IMG/VR virus record: IMGVR_UViG_3300018045_000005
Coordinates: 1-53,304 of that record
Source of the DNA: a virus
Lineage: Duplodnaviria; Caudoviricetes
Reading direction: 5' to 3' (one strand)
DNA length: 53,304 nucleotides
The notes under the pieces: generated by a model
Told to the model about the DNA's origin: nothing
Database searches by the model: none
The model's input: the letters and a program-made list of their open reading frames with translations, nothing else
Part shown: positions 17,329 to 25,210 of the stretch, one piece after another
Layout: every line of letters begins with the position of its first letter
Numbering within the stretch: the stretch's first letter is position 1
Program-made: the position numbers and the translations under genes

Positions 17329-18089
17329 GTCATCAAACAGAGTTAAACCCACAATATATTGATCACATGGGTAGTGATATGAGAGCGGTTAACATGGCTA
17401 GACAGTCATTCGGTAAACGTAAAGATGAATCGCAACCCCTAGACGCTAAAGATAAAGGTTTGATCCGATTCTTAGCTGAAGGTATTCGTTCATGTGATAA
17501 AGCTGATCTATTGGATCAGATGACACAATGTGCTGATCCTGAAGAGATGATTGGTCTTGCTAAGAAACTTTTCCCTCAAAAGCATTGGGTGCCACTAGCC
17601 CACAATATGATCAGTATCAGTATGGAAGCACCTGTACCGATCCGTACACAGTGTTTCAAACATAAGATTGGCTTCGTTGAATCAGAAGAATCTCGACGTT
17701 ATATCTCCGATGAACCAGTAGTATTTTTACCTAAACAATTTAACGCGGCACCGTCGAAAGACATCAAGCAGGGTAGTGCTGGTATCCACCATCGTAATGA
17801 CTACTGGCTCAAACGATACAAGCGTCACACTGATAATGCAGTGAACACTTACATTGAGATGGTAGCTGATGGTATCGCCCCCGAAGATGCCCGATTTGTA
17901 CTACCTCAAGGCACTATCGTTAACTGGGGGTGGACTGGTTCACTATTTGGGTTTGCAAGCTTCTATAACCAGCGTAGTGACGCCCATGCTCAGTCACACA
18001 TTCAAGATTTGGCACAGAAGGTGAGTGACATCATTTCACCACTATACCCTACGGCATGGGAAGCATTAACAGGAGTTAAAGCAAAATGA
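17325..18089 (+). CDS. thyX: FAD-dependent thymidylate synthase
   Basis: DHMGSD..VN.AR.SF, KHKIGFVESEESRRY (RHR-x7-S-x-R variant), APEDARFVLPQ, RSDAHAQ. Confidence 0.92.
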   Translation: MSHQTELNPQYIDHMGSDMRAVNMARQSFGKRKDESQPLDAKDKGLIRFLAEGIRSCDKADLLDQMTQCADPEEMIGLAKKLFPQKHWVPLAHNMISISMEAPVPIRTQCFKHKIGFVESEESRRYISDEPVVFLPKQFNAAPSKDIKQGSAGIHHRNDYWLKRYKRHTDNAVNTYIEMVADGIAPEDARFVLPQGTIVNWGWTGSLFGFASFYNQRSDAHAQSHIQDLAQKVSDIISPLYPTAWEALTGVKAK

Positions 18090-18712
18090 TGAACAAGGTG
18101 TACCGAGTTAAAAGTATTAGTCGTAGTGACGCTTCACCTTTCATTTTAGATATTCACTATGCACATCGATTCCCATCGATTAGTTATTACTTTGGTCTTT
18201 TCCGTAACAATGAATTAGTTGGAACGGTGACTTTTGGTACACCACCTTCAGCACCGTTAAAATTAGGTATCGCTGGTGGTAATTTTAAAGAAGATGTTTT
18301 GGAATTAAACAGATTAGTTTTGAAAGATAATTTAAAAAATGAAGCCAGTTTCCTAGTCTCAAAATCTTTAAAAATGTTACCTCGTAATAAAATAATCGTG
18401 TCTTTCGCTGATACATCTCAAGGTCATTCAGGAATAGTTTATCAAGCGTGTAATTTCTTATATTCAGGTCTGTCAGCTAAAAGAACCGACTGGGTTGTTA
18501 GAGGTAAAGAACATTTACATGGTCAAACTATAGCTGATGAATTTAGAGGTTGTAAAAATAGAGCAAAGTTGATGCGTGAGAAATACGGTGATGACTTTTA
18601 CTTAAAACCAAGACCTAGAAAACATCGTTACTTAATGGTGATAGGTGATAAAAAATATAAGAAGTTAGTTATGAAAAATTTAAAATACAAATTAGAGGGT
18701 TACCCAAAATGA
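18086..18712 (+). CDS. Mom-like DNA adenine modification enzyme (GNAT fold)
   Basis: HYAHR, FGLF....LVG...FG.P, LELNRL, SFAD..QGH.G.VYQA.NF.Y.G, KHRY. Confidence 0.85.
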   Translation: MMNKVYRVKSISRSDASPFILDIHYAHRFPSISYYFGLFRNNELVGTVTFGTPPSAPLKLGIAGGNFKEDVLELNRLVLKDNLKNEASFLVSKSLKMLPRNKIIVSFADTSQGHSGIVYQACNFLYSGLSAKRTDWVVRGKEHLHGQTIADEFRGCKNRAKLMREKYGDDFYLKPRPRKHRYLMVIGDKKYKKLVMKNLKYKLEGYPK

Positions 18713-18894
18713 AAGCATATTTAGTAACAGTAACATTCACCAATGGTGGAAAAGAAGGCGTAATGTTCACCGATAAAGCCGATGCATTAGATGCACTTAA
18801 CGGTACTCAATCTGGTTCAACACTGGCTATTAATTGGTTTGAAGCTTACGGTGATACCGACTGTCCTGTTGAGATGGTGGAGATTGAATTATGA
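18709..18894 (+). CDS. Hypothetical protein
   Basis: 61 aa, ATGA overlaps on both sides. Confidence 0.7.
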   Translation: MKAYLVTVTFTNGGKEGVMFTDKADALDALNGTQSGSTLAINWFEAYGDTDCPVEMVEIEL

Positions 18895-20000
18895 GTCACA
18901 CAACATTCAATCAAAATAAAGTTAACCACCTAACCCAACCGATGTTCTTTGGTGAGTCAGTGGGGGTGGCACGTTACGATGAATTACGCTTCCCGTGGGT
19001 TGATAAGTTGACAGAAAAACAACTTGGGTTCTTTTGGAGACCGGAGGAAATTGATCTATCAAGTGACCGTGCAGAGTTTGAAGCATTACCTGAAAATGAG
19101 AAGCATATATTCACATCGAACCTAAAGTATCAAATCCTACTTGATTCAGTACAGGGTCGTTCACCAAATATGGCCTTCTTACCTATCGTGAGTCTACCCG
19201 AAGTTGAGACATGGGTTGAAACATGGTCGTTTAGTGAGACAATCCACAGTCGTTCATACACTCATATTATCCGTAATATATTCAATCACCCTGGTGACGT
19301 ATTTGATCACATTATTGATGTACCGGAAATTGTTGAACGTGCGACAAGCGTAACTGAAGATTATGATGAGTTGATCAGACTGTGTTCAATTAAGACCGGT
19401 GATGATCAACCTTGGACTGATGAACTTCAAATGCAAGCTGAAGATGCACTGTTTAAAACAATGGTCTCAGTCAACGTATTGGAAGCCGTTCGTTTTTACG
19501 TGTCATTCGCTTGTTCATACGCATTTGCTGAACGTAAAGAGATGGAAGGTAACGCTAAAGTTATCAAGATGATCAACCGTGATGAGACACTTCATTTAGC
19601 TTTCACACAGCAAGTATTACAGCACTGGATCAACGGTAAAGATAGTGAAGCAATGCAACAGGCCGCTATTCGTAACTTTGATTTTATCCATAAATGTTTC
19701 AAAGATGCGGCTCAACAGGAAAAAGAGTGGGCTGATTACCTGTTCCAAGATGGTTCAATGATTGGACTTAACGCGGCAATTTTACATCAATACATTGAGT
19801 ATCTAACTAATGTCCGAGTTAAGGCACTGGGTTTAGCACCAATTTATGACGATGTGGTTAACCCTATCCCTTGGGTCAACGCTTGGACTAATAGTGATAA
19901 TGTACAAGTGGCTCCACAAGAATCAGAAATCACGAACTACCTTACTGGTGCCGTTGATTCATCAGTTAAAGATGATGATTTTAAAGATTTTAACTTGTAA
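18891..20000 (+). CDS. nrdB: Class Ia ribonucleotide reductase beta subunit
   Basis: FFWRPEE, LDSVQGR, ETIHSRSY (radical Tyr), LEAVRFYVSF, RDETLH, DGSMIGLN, VQVAPQE. Confidence 0.97.
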   Translation: MSHTTFNQNKVNHLTQPMFFGESVGVARYDELRFPWVDKLTEKQLGFFWRPEEIDLSSDRAEFEALPENEKHIFTSNLKYQILLDSVQGRSPNMAFLPIVSLPEVETWVETWSFSETIHSRSYTHIIRNIFNHPGDVFDHIIDVPEIVERATSVTEDYDELIRLCSIKTGDDQPWTDELQMQAEDALFKTMVSVNVLEAVRFYVSFACSYAFAERKEMEGNAKVIKMINRDETLHLAFTQQVLQHWINGKDSEAMQQAAIRNFDFIHKCFKDAAQQEKEWADYLFQDGSMIGLNAAILHQYIEYLTNVRVKALGLAPIYDDVVNPIPWVNAWTNSDNVQVAPQESEITNYLTGAVDSSVKDDDFKDFNL

Positions 20001-20007
20001 ATAATAG

Positions 20008-20051
20008 TTGACACTTTGACGACATGAAACTACAATTAACCATGTCGTCAA
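20008..20051 (+). promoter_or_regulatory. sigma70-type promoter overlapped by an 11-bp inverted repeat
   Basis: TTGACA-17 nt-TACAAT; ttgacgacatg (20016-20026) and catgtcgtcaa (20041-20051). Confidence 0.75.
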
Positions 20052-20068
20052 TAAAGGAGATAAAAGAA

Positions 20069-20260
20069 GTGCCTGATGAAATGGACGTTATCCAAGATAA
20101 CAATACTAAACATGATGATTACGCGGCTAAAAATATCCGTCGAAAAGTCAACCGACCTAAAGCCAATGGTCGTTGTTCATATTGTGATAAAGAGTTAGTT
20201 GACCCGTTACCTACTCAAATTTATTGTAATGGTGAGTGTGCAACCAAGGATTCAAAATGA
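20069..20260 (+). CDS. Small C4 zinc-finger protein, TraR/DksA-like
   Basis: GTG start after AAGGAG; PDEMD...CSYC...YCNGEC. Confidence 0.55.
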   Translation: MPDEMDVIQDNNTKHDDYAAKNIRRKVNRPKANGRCSYCDKELVDPLPTQIYCNGECATKDSK

Positions 20261-20424
20261 TTAAACTATTACTAAGTGGGGTGCGTTACGTATTCACCCT
20301 ACCTGAAGCAGTTGAGTTCGGTAAAGTAAAAGGTTTAAGAGTGGATGATACCAATCGTAAAGGGGTGTCTAAGAACCCTTTAAACAATGATTATAAAAGT
20401 CAAAAAAGGAAGTCAAAAAGATGA
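20257..20424 (+). CDS. Small basic hypothetical protein
   Basis: ATGA overlap, AAGGA RBS. Confidence 0.55.
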   Translation: MIKLLLSGVRYVFTLPEAVEFGKVKGLRVDDTNRKGVSKNPLNNDYKSQKRKSKR

Positions 20425-20714
20425 GTGATGAATTAGTAGACGGTAAAACTTGCAACTGCTTTAACGAGCACTTGGAAAGACTCGGAGAGAAAGTTATTGC
20501 TGACATTCTCCCAGAAAACGCAGATCGTGACTCGCTCCACCTCGATTGGTCAAATAAGGTTTTTAGATTAGATGGTAAGTCAAACAATGTGATGTTAAAG
20601 CTGAACTGCGAGTATCACAGAGTTAAAAAAGACGGGACACGGTATCGTAACAAAACCAACCGCCCTATCACCGTAGCGATGAGTTTTTGCCCGTTCTGCG
20701 GAACTGAATATTAA
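20421..20714 (+). CDS. Hypothetical protein with CNC...CPFCG zinc ligands
   Basis: 97 aa; N-terminal CxC and C-terminal CPFCG. Confidence 0.75.
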   Translation: MSDELVDGKTCNCFNEHLERLGEKVIADILPENADRDSLHLDWSNKVFRLDGKSNNVMLKLNCEYHRVKKDGTRYRNKTNRPITVAMSFCPFCGTEY

Positions 20715-20738
20715 AAAAAAATAAAGGAAGTCAAAAAG

Positions 20739-21299
20739 ATGAGTGATGAATTAGTAAAAAAGTTTTTAGAAGTATCTAACGTAGCTTTACCAGCTACCCA
20801 TTCGGGAGCGGAAGTTAATCAAGCGATTGAGTTTTATCGTCGTAAGATTTGGCCTTCAGAAGTCCGTGAGACCATGTTGGCTTACGAGAATAATGATCAA
20901 GTTGAAATGTATGATGGTGTTGGTGATCAGTCGTTTATCGTTATCGCTGTCGGTCTCATGGGTGGTGATAACGATGACATGAATAACATCTTATCAGGTA
21001 GTGTTGAAATGTCTGGTATTAAACAGGTTGAGGTTTTAGAACACATCATTACGACTGTTTGTGAGAGTAATTTGACTAAGTTTGATACTACTGATGATGA
21101 AGTTGTTAAGACTTCTCAAAAATACCTAGATTTAGGTATCGAAACATATCGTATTTGGAATGAAAAGCATAAATTATTCGCTACTTTCTCATCGTTTGAT
21201 CAGACTGATCACAATGGTAAAGAGTGGCCCGCTAATAAGCTTGTTAAATCAGCCGTAAACTACCGTGAGCCAGACTTTAGAGCGATCCTTCATGTCTAG
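20739..21299 (+). CDS. MazG-like all-alpha NTP pyrophosphohydrolase
   Basis: SEVRET...EMYDGVGD...ESNLTKF...KLVKS..Y.EPD. Confidence 0.75.
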   Translation: MSDELVKKFLEVSNVALPATHSGAEVNQAIEFYRRKIWPSEVRETMLAYENNDQVEMYDGVGDQSFIVIAVGLMGGDNDDMNNILSGSVEMSGIKQVEVLEHIITTVCESNLTKFDTTDDEVVKTSQKYLDLGIETYRIWNEKHKLFATFSSFDQTDHNGKEWPANKLVKSAVNYREPDFRAILHV

Positions 21300-21528
21300 T
21301 GGTAAGAAACCCTATGTTCCTGTAGGGGATCATCTGATCATCATTTTGGACGGTGATGACGATGGTCTTAAATGGGAGCATCACGCTGAAGGGTTAATAT
21401 CAGCGAGAGAAAGAGGTCATCAGCTAGTCGAAGAGATAGAGGATGCCACACAATGTAAAGTACTACACTGTGTTTACGATTCACAATTTCTACCTTGGAG
21501 TCCTAAATGTCCGTCGAAGAAAAAATAA
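21292..21528 (+). CDS. Hypothetical protein
   Basis: 78 aa, overlapping its neighbours in the operon. Confidence 0.6.
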   Translation: MSSGKKPYVPVGDHLIIILDGDDDGLKWEHHAEGLISARERGHQLVEEIEDATQCKVLHCVYDSQFLPWSPKCPSKKK

Positions 21529-21821
21529 GAACAATCATCGATGAGAAGTGTGACGGTAATGTCGCAACTTTTGCTAATGAAATTGGTTTCACCCGCCAAC
21601 AAGTTTATAACTGGTTAGAAGGTGATGTATTGACTATCTCAACAAAAGCTAAAGAGCGTATTGAAGAACGTTGGCCTGAGTACAATGGTATTTGGTGGTG
21701 GTTAAACTTAGATAATACCAAACACGTTGAAACTTTTGATGAAGTGAGACGTATGGAATTTGATTTAACTAAACCTATCATCATCTACCCTTCCCATATC
21801 GGGTTTAAAGTGAGCCAATGA
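21507..21821 (+). CDS. Cro/XRE-like HTH protein
   Basis: GNVATFANEIGFTRQQVYNWL. Confidence 0.75.
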   Translation: MSVEEKIRTIIDEKCDGNVATFANEIGFTRQQVYNWLEGDVLTISTKAKERIEERWPEYNGIWWWLNLDNTKHVETFDEVRRMEFDLTKPIIIYPSHIGFKVSQ

Positions 21822-22228
21822 TGATCGTTGATGGGTTTTCTATAGGACAGTTGTCTAAGTCTACCGGTTTATCAAAATCGGTGCTTATACAGCGTTATAA
21901 GAAGCTTAAGAGACGTGGTATACCGGTCACTAAAAAGTCAATGAGGTTTAACACCCCTCTTGACTTTTATGGTAAGACTTTAAAACAAATCTCAATCGAG
22001 ACAGGTGTTGGTGTCACGGTCTTAAGTTCTCGTCACAACACTTATATCCACACTCGTAATTTGACACGTTGGCATCGTAAGAAGTACGGTGGTAAATCGA
22101 TCAATGAATGGGTGATAGTGTTGGGGGTGACTCGATCTAAAGTGTTAGAATCTTTAGATCAATTAGGTATGGGTCACGTTGATTGTAATGTTGAGTTGGA
22201 AGATTTGAGGGAAATTGTTAAAACTTAG
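21818..22228 (+). CDS. Protein with repeated short HTH-like motifs
   Basis: SIGQLSKSTGLS, TLKQISIETGVG, SINEWVIVLGVT. Confidence 0.6.
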   Translation: MMIVDGFSIGQLSKSTGLSKSVLIQRYKKLKRRGIPVTKKSMRFNTPLDFYGKTLKQISIETGVGVTVLSSRHNTYIHTRNLTRWHRKKYGGKSINEWVIVLGVTRSKVLESLDQLGMGHVDCNVELEDLREIVKT

Positions 22229-22400
22229 GTACGTATATTGAGTTTTCTATACGCTCAAGTCTTTTATTTGTACGTGCTAAATCCTTTTCCAAATGCTCAA
22301 TCTTAAAAGCGTGGATAGCATTAGATACGTACACTGCAACACCGGACGAACCAGTGGATATAATCAACGCAGTCACAAGGCTTAATAAAAACCGTTTCAT
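22218..22400 (-). CDS. Small TM + coiled-coil protein in the lysis region
   Basis: MKRFLLSLVTALIIST... then a charged coiled coil; AAGGAGG upstream (start could be a nearby GTG). Confidence 0.55.
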   Translation of the reverse strand: MKRFLLSLVTALIISTGSSGVAVYVSNAIHAFKIEHLEKDLARTNKRLERIENSIYVPKF

Positions 22401-22570
22401 TGTATCTGACACTACACCCTCCTTTATAATGTTGCGATTGAATAGTATGTAATAAAACCCATAGTGGATATTAAAGTACCCATAACGGTGGTAATTATAG
22501 TACATAAATAAGGGTGATGTCTTGTTATGCACTTTAACTTATCAAATGCTTGTGCCATTATAAAATAACC

Positions 22571-22960
22571 TCAGATAAACGCCACGAAGGGTGTCGGGTT
22601 AATATATTCATCATTATGGATAATCTCAAAATGTACATGCTCTGTTATTCCTGGGTAGTATTTGTCTAAAGATTGGGTTGATCCAATTATATCACCCTTA
22701 AAGATGGTGTCACCGACTTTTACTAACGGGTTTAAGTAAAAGAATCGATAGTTATATCCGTTCGCTTCAATCTGTACATATCGGATATAACCTCGATCTG
22801 GGTCACGATAAGGCCAACCGATTTTAGTAACTTTACCGTCAACTGGAGATGTAAATAATTCATTAGGTGGAATGGCTAAATCCACACCATTATGGGTTCT
22901 ACCACCTCGACTTGCACCAAATCGACCATCACCCCAAGCATCTTGTTGTCTAATTTTCAT
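22571..22960 (-). CDS. M23 family metallopeptidase, probable endolysin
   Basis: HNGVD (HxxxD), SPVDGKV, VKVGD, HVHFEI (HxH), INPT. Confidence 0.88.
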   Translation of the reverse strand: MKIRQQDAWGDGRFGASRGGRTHNGVDLAIPPNELFTSPVDGKVTKIGWPYRDPDRGYIRYVQIEANGYNYRFFYLNPLVKVGDTIFKGDIIGSTQSLDKYYPGITEHVHFEIIHNDEYINPTPFVAFI

Positions 22961-23532
22961 TACTTTCCCACCTTAATTAAACCACCAAGTAAACCACTAA
23001 TGGGTTTCAACTCACCCCCGTTAGAAGCGTTTAACTTGTTACGTTGTTCTTCACGTAGATCACCAAAGTAGAGTCGTAGGATCAGAACTAGTGGACCTAA
23101 CAATGTACCTATGACTAGAGCCATTTGACTAACCGCTTTAATCATTTCATCATCTTGAGTAATCACAGCGTAAGAAATAGAAACAATCAGGATCATAATT
23201 GATAAAGCAACCGTCCAACCGAATATTAAAGCTATTTTAGGACGCGTTGAGTGTGGGTTAATAGCGTCTTGAATCAACATTGTCCTCAATGTATCACCGC
23301 GTTGCTTGATCGTCTCTATATCGACCTCAAATTGCATCTTAATGATACGGGTACGCTGTTCAGGTTTAAGTGAATTCACGGTTTCTACTATTTGACCACC
23401 TGTTACAGTATCAGGTAATTTCTTATCATCCGGTAAAAACTGGTTCACTGCGGTTAAAATAGCCGCACCCCCTGGTACGACTGTACTGAAGATGCCAGCA
23501 CCTACGGTTTTTGCTATGTCTAAAAGATTCAT
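22960..23532 (-). CDS. Putative holin (soluble N-terminus plus two TM helices)
   Basis: Directly upstream of the peptidase; TRP..., two TM helices, LYFG. Confidence 0.65.
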   Translation of the reverse strand: MNLLDIAKTVGAGIFSTVVPGGAAILTAVNQFLPDDKKLPDTVTGGQIVETVNSLKPEQRTRIIKMQFEVDIETIKQRGDTLRTMLIQDAINPHSTRPKIALIFGWTVALSIMILIVSISYAVITQDDEMIKAVSQMALVIGTLLGPLVLILRLYFGDLREEQRNKLNASNGGELKPISGLLGGLIKVGK

Positions 23533-23533
23533 A

Positions 23534-25210
23534 TTACAATTCCACCACTTCTAATTGACCTAAGTTATCCACTATATTAAACCCGTCGGCATTTGCGTCA
23601 ACGTTTAATTCTGTTAGATCGTCACCATCCCAGTGTATATCTATCAATTCTTCAAATACGTTTGCACCAACACTACCCCAGCCACCAATAGGTTCAAATA
23701 TTTTCTTGAAGCCTTCAATTACAAGTTGTAAGTCCCCACTATCTTCATTAGGTATAGAGTATGTGAGGAAGTCATTAACATCACGGTTGAAAGTACCGAT
23801 GAAGAATTCTTCTGGGCGTAATGCCGTACCTTGTGATAACCCATCACCACTTACGCGGTTTTTAGTAGGTGATACAAACATATTACCGGAACTAACCAAT
23901 GACCCTGTGAAACCGTTATCTGTAATAGAAGCTAGTACATTATTGATAACATAGGCGTTACCACCGTTAGCACCAAATTGACCTCCTATATCACTAATAA
24001 GAACGTTAGTGACGCTATCATTAACTGGGTCGGTTTTACCTGCTCTGAACAACGTGTTTCCTTCTATATAAGAATCGTTAAGACCTGATGGGTCAAACGC
24101 AACTGCCGCCCAAAAAGCTGAAATAGTTCCGATATTACCGTGACAAACCATAGAGTTTGAAGCCGTTAAATAATCATCTTGATAAAAACCTTGTGAGCCA
24201 CCCGAAAATTCAGCCGTCATGTGCCATAAGTTAGACCTTACAACAGAGTTGTATCCAGAAACAATATCTGAACTATTACCTGTTTGGAAGAAGTCTTGAT
24301 GAAGAGGTGATAAGTCTACATGATCTATGAAATCACAGGATACATTGAACTCTATCACGCTATAAATGGTGTCAGCTATCGACCAGTATTCGGTGTCAAC
24401 AAAACCGAAAGAATTAAAGTTGTCGTCGGAACACTGATGTATAAAATTTCTACTTGCTTTAAAGTATTTAGCACCGCCACGGAGTACACTAACCACCCCG
24501 TAAAAATCATTATTATCTAAATAAACGCTTAGAGCGTTCTGGGTTTTTATAACATTACAGTAGCTAGTCCAAGGTTCAGAAGGAAACCAATGTTTTGCAC
24601 CTGTATTACTATTCTTAACAGATAACATCATAGGTAACGGGTAAGTACTATTAGTATATACATTAAGTGCGTAAGTATTACCACCAACTGTCCAGTCTGT
24701 AGAACCAGACCGCGTGGCAAACCCTACACCGTTAATCTCTAATCTAGGGAAACCGTAGGCACTTACCGAACCTGAACCATTGTTACCAATAGCAGGTGTT
24801 CGACCATCAGCATTGGTAATTAATACTCCACCTGACGGTCTATCGTAACCGCCTTTTTCAGATGGATTCGCTGTCAGAACTAGATAAGTGAGACCTCTGA
24901 GGGATGTGGAAGTCATCTCTGACACCCCGTCCCAGTTACACACTATTTTATGCGATTGCCCTACACCACTAGCTTTGTAAGCTTCAGTTGCAGTTCTAAC
25001 TTCATCTGCTGTTGTACACACTGTAGTCACATCCCAAACTTGACTGTCAGGAAACCCAGTCCATAGATTCGCATCTAACTCAGCTACAATCGCATCCTCT
25101 AAAGCTTTAGCACCAGATGAGAGTGAATGTCTTGCTTTTGTAAGTTTATAGAAAGTGTCCCCACCTAATAAAGCGTTACCATTAACACCTATATTTCTTA
25201 AATATTTCAT
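23534..25210 (-). CDS. Putative tail spike/depolymerase, right-handed beta-helix (pectate lyase-like)
   Basis: Asn-ladder strands (LDNNDF, SRNFI, RSNL, EGNT, INNVL) and an HQDFFQ motif. Confidence 0.6.
   Translation of the reverse strand: MKYLRNIGVNGNALLGGDTFYKLTKARHSLSSGAKALEDAIVAELDANLWTGFPDSQVWDVTTVCTTADEVRTATEAYKASGVGQSHKIVCNWDGVSEMTSTSLRGLTYLVLTANPSEKGGYDRPSGGVLITNADGRTPAIGNNGSGSVSAYGFPRLEINGVGFATRSGSTDWTVGGNTYALNVYTNSTYPLPMMLSVKNSNTGAKHWFPSEPWTSYCNVIKTQNALSVYLDNNDFYGVVSVLRGGAKYFKASRNFIHQCSDDNFNSFGFVDTEYWSIADTIYSVIEFNVSCDFIDHVDLSPLHQDFFQTGNSSDIVSGYNSVVRSNLWHMTAEFSGGSQGFYQDDYLTASNSMVCHGNIGTISAFWAAVAFDPSGLNDSYIEGNTLFRAGKTDPVNDSVTNVLISDIGGQFGANGGNAYVINNVLASITDNGFTGSLVSSGNMFVSPTKNRVSGDGLSQGTALRPEEFFIGTFNRDVNDFLTYSIPNEDSGDLQLVIEGFKKIFEPIGGWGSVGANVFEELIDIHWDGDDLTELNVDANADGFNIVDNLGQLEVVEL

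Noticed and set aside
18891-20000. Intron, intein or homing endonuclease in nrdB (also checked polymerase and TerL)
   Set aside because: ORFs are continuous and of normal length, with no intein termini or LAGLIDADG/HNH motifs seen.
17325-21299. Full base-substitution pathway (Z-DNA, 7-deazaguanine, hmU)
   Set aside because: No PurZ, Que/Dpd, dCMP deaminase or hydroxymethylase ORFs were recognised; ThyX looks like an ordinary thymidylate synthase.
22401-22532. N-terminal extension of ORF 22218-22532
   Set aside because: Tyr-rich low-quality sequence; the strong AAGGAGG RBS lies downstream of it.
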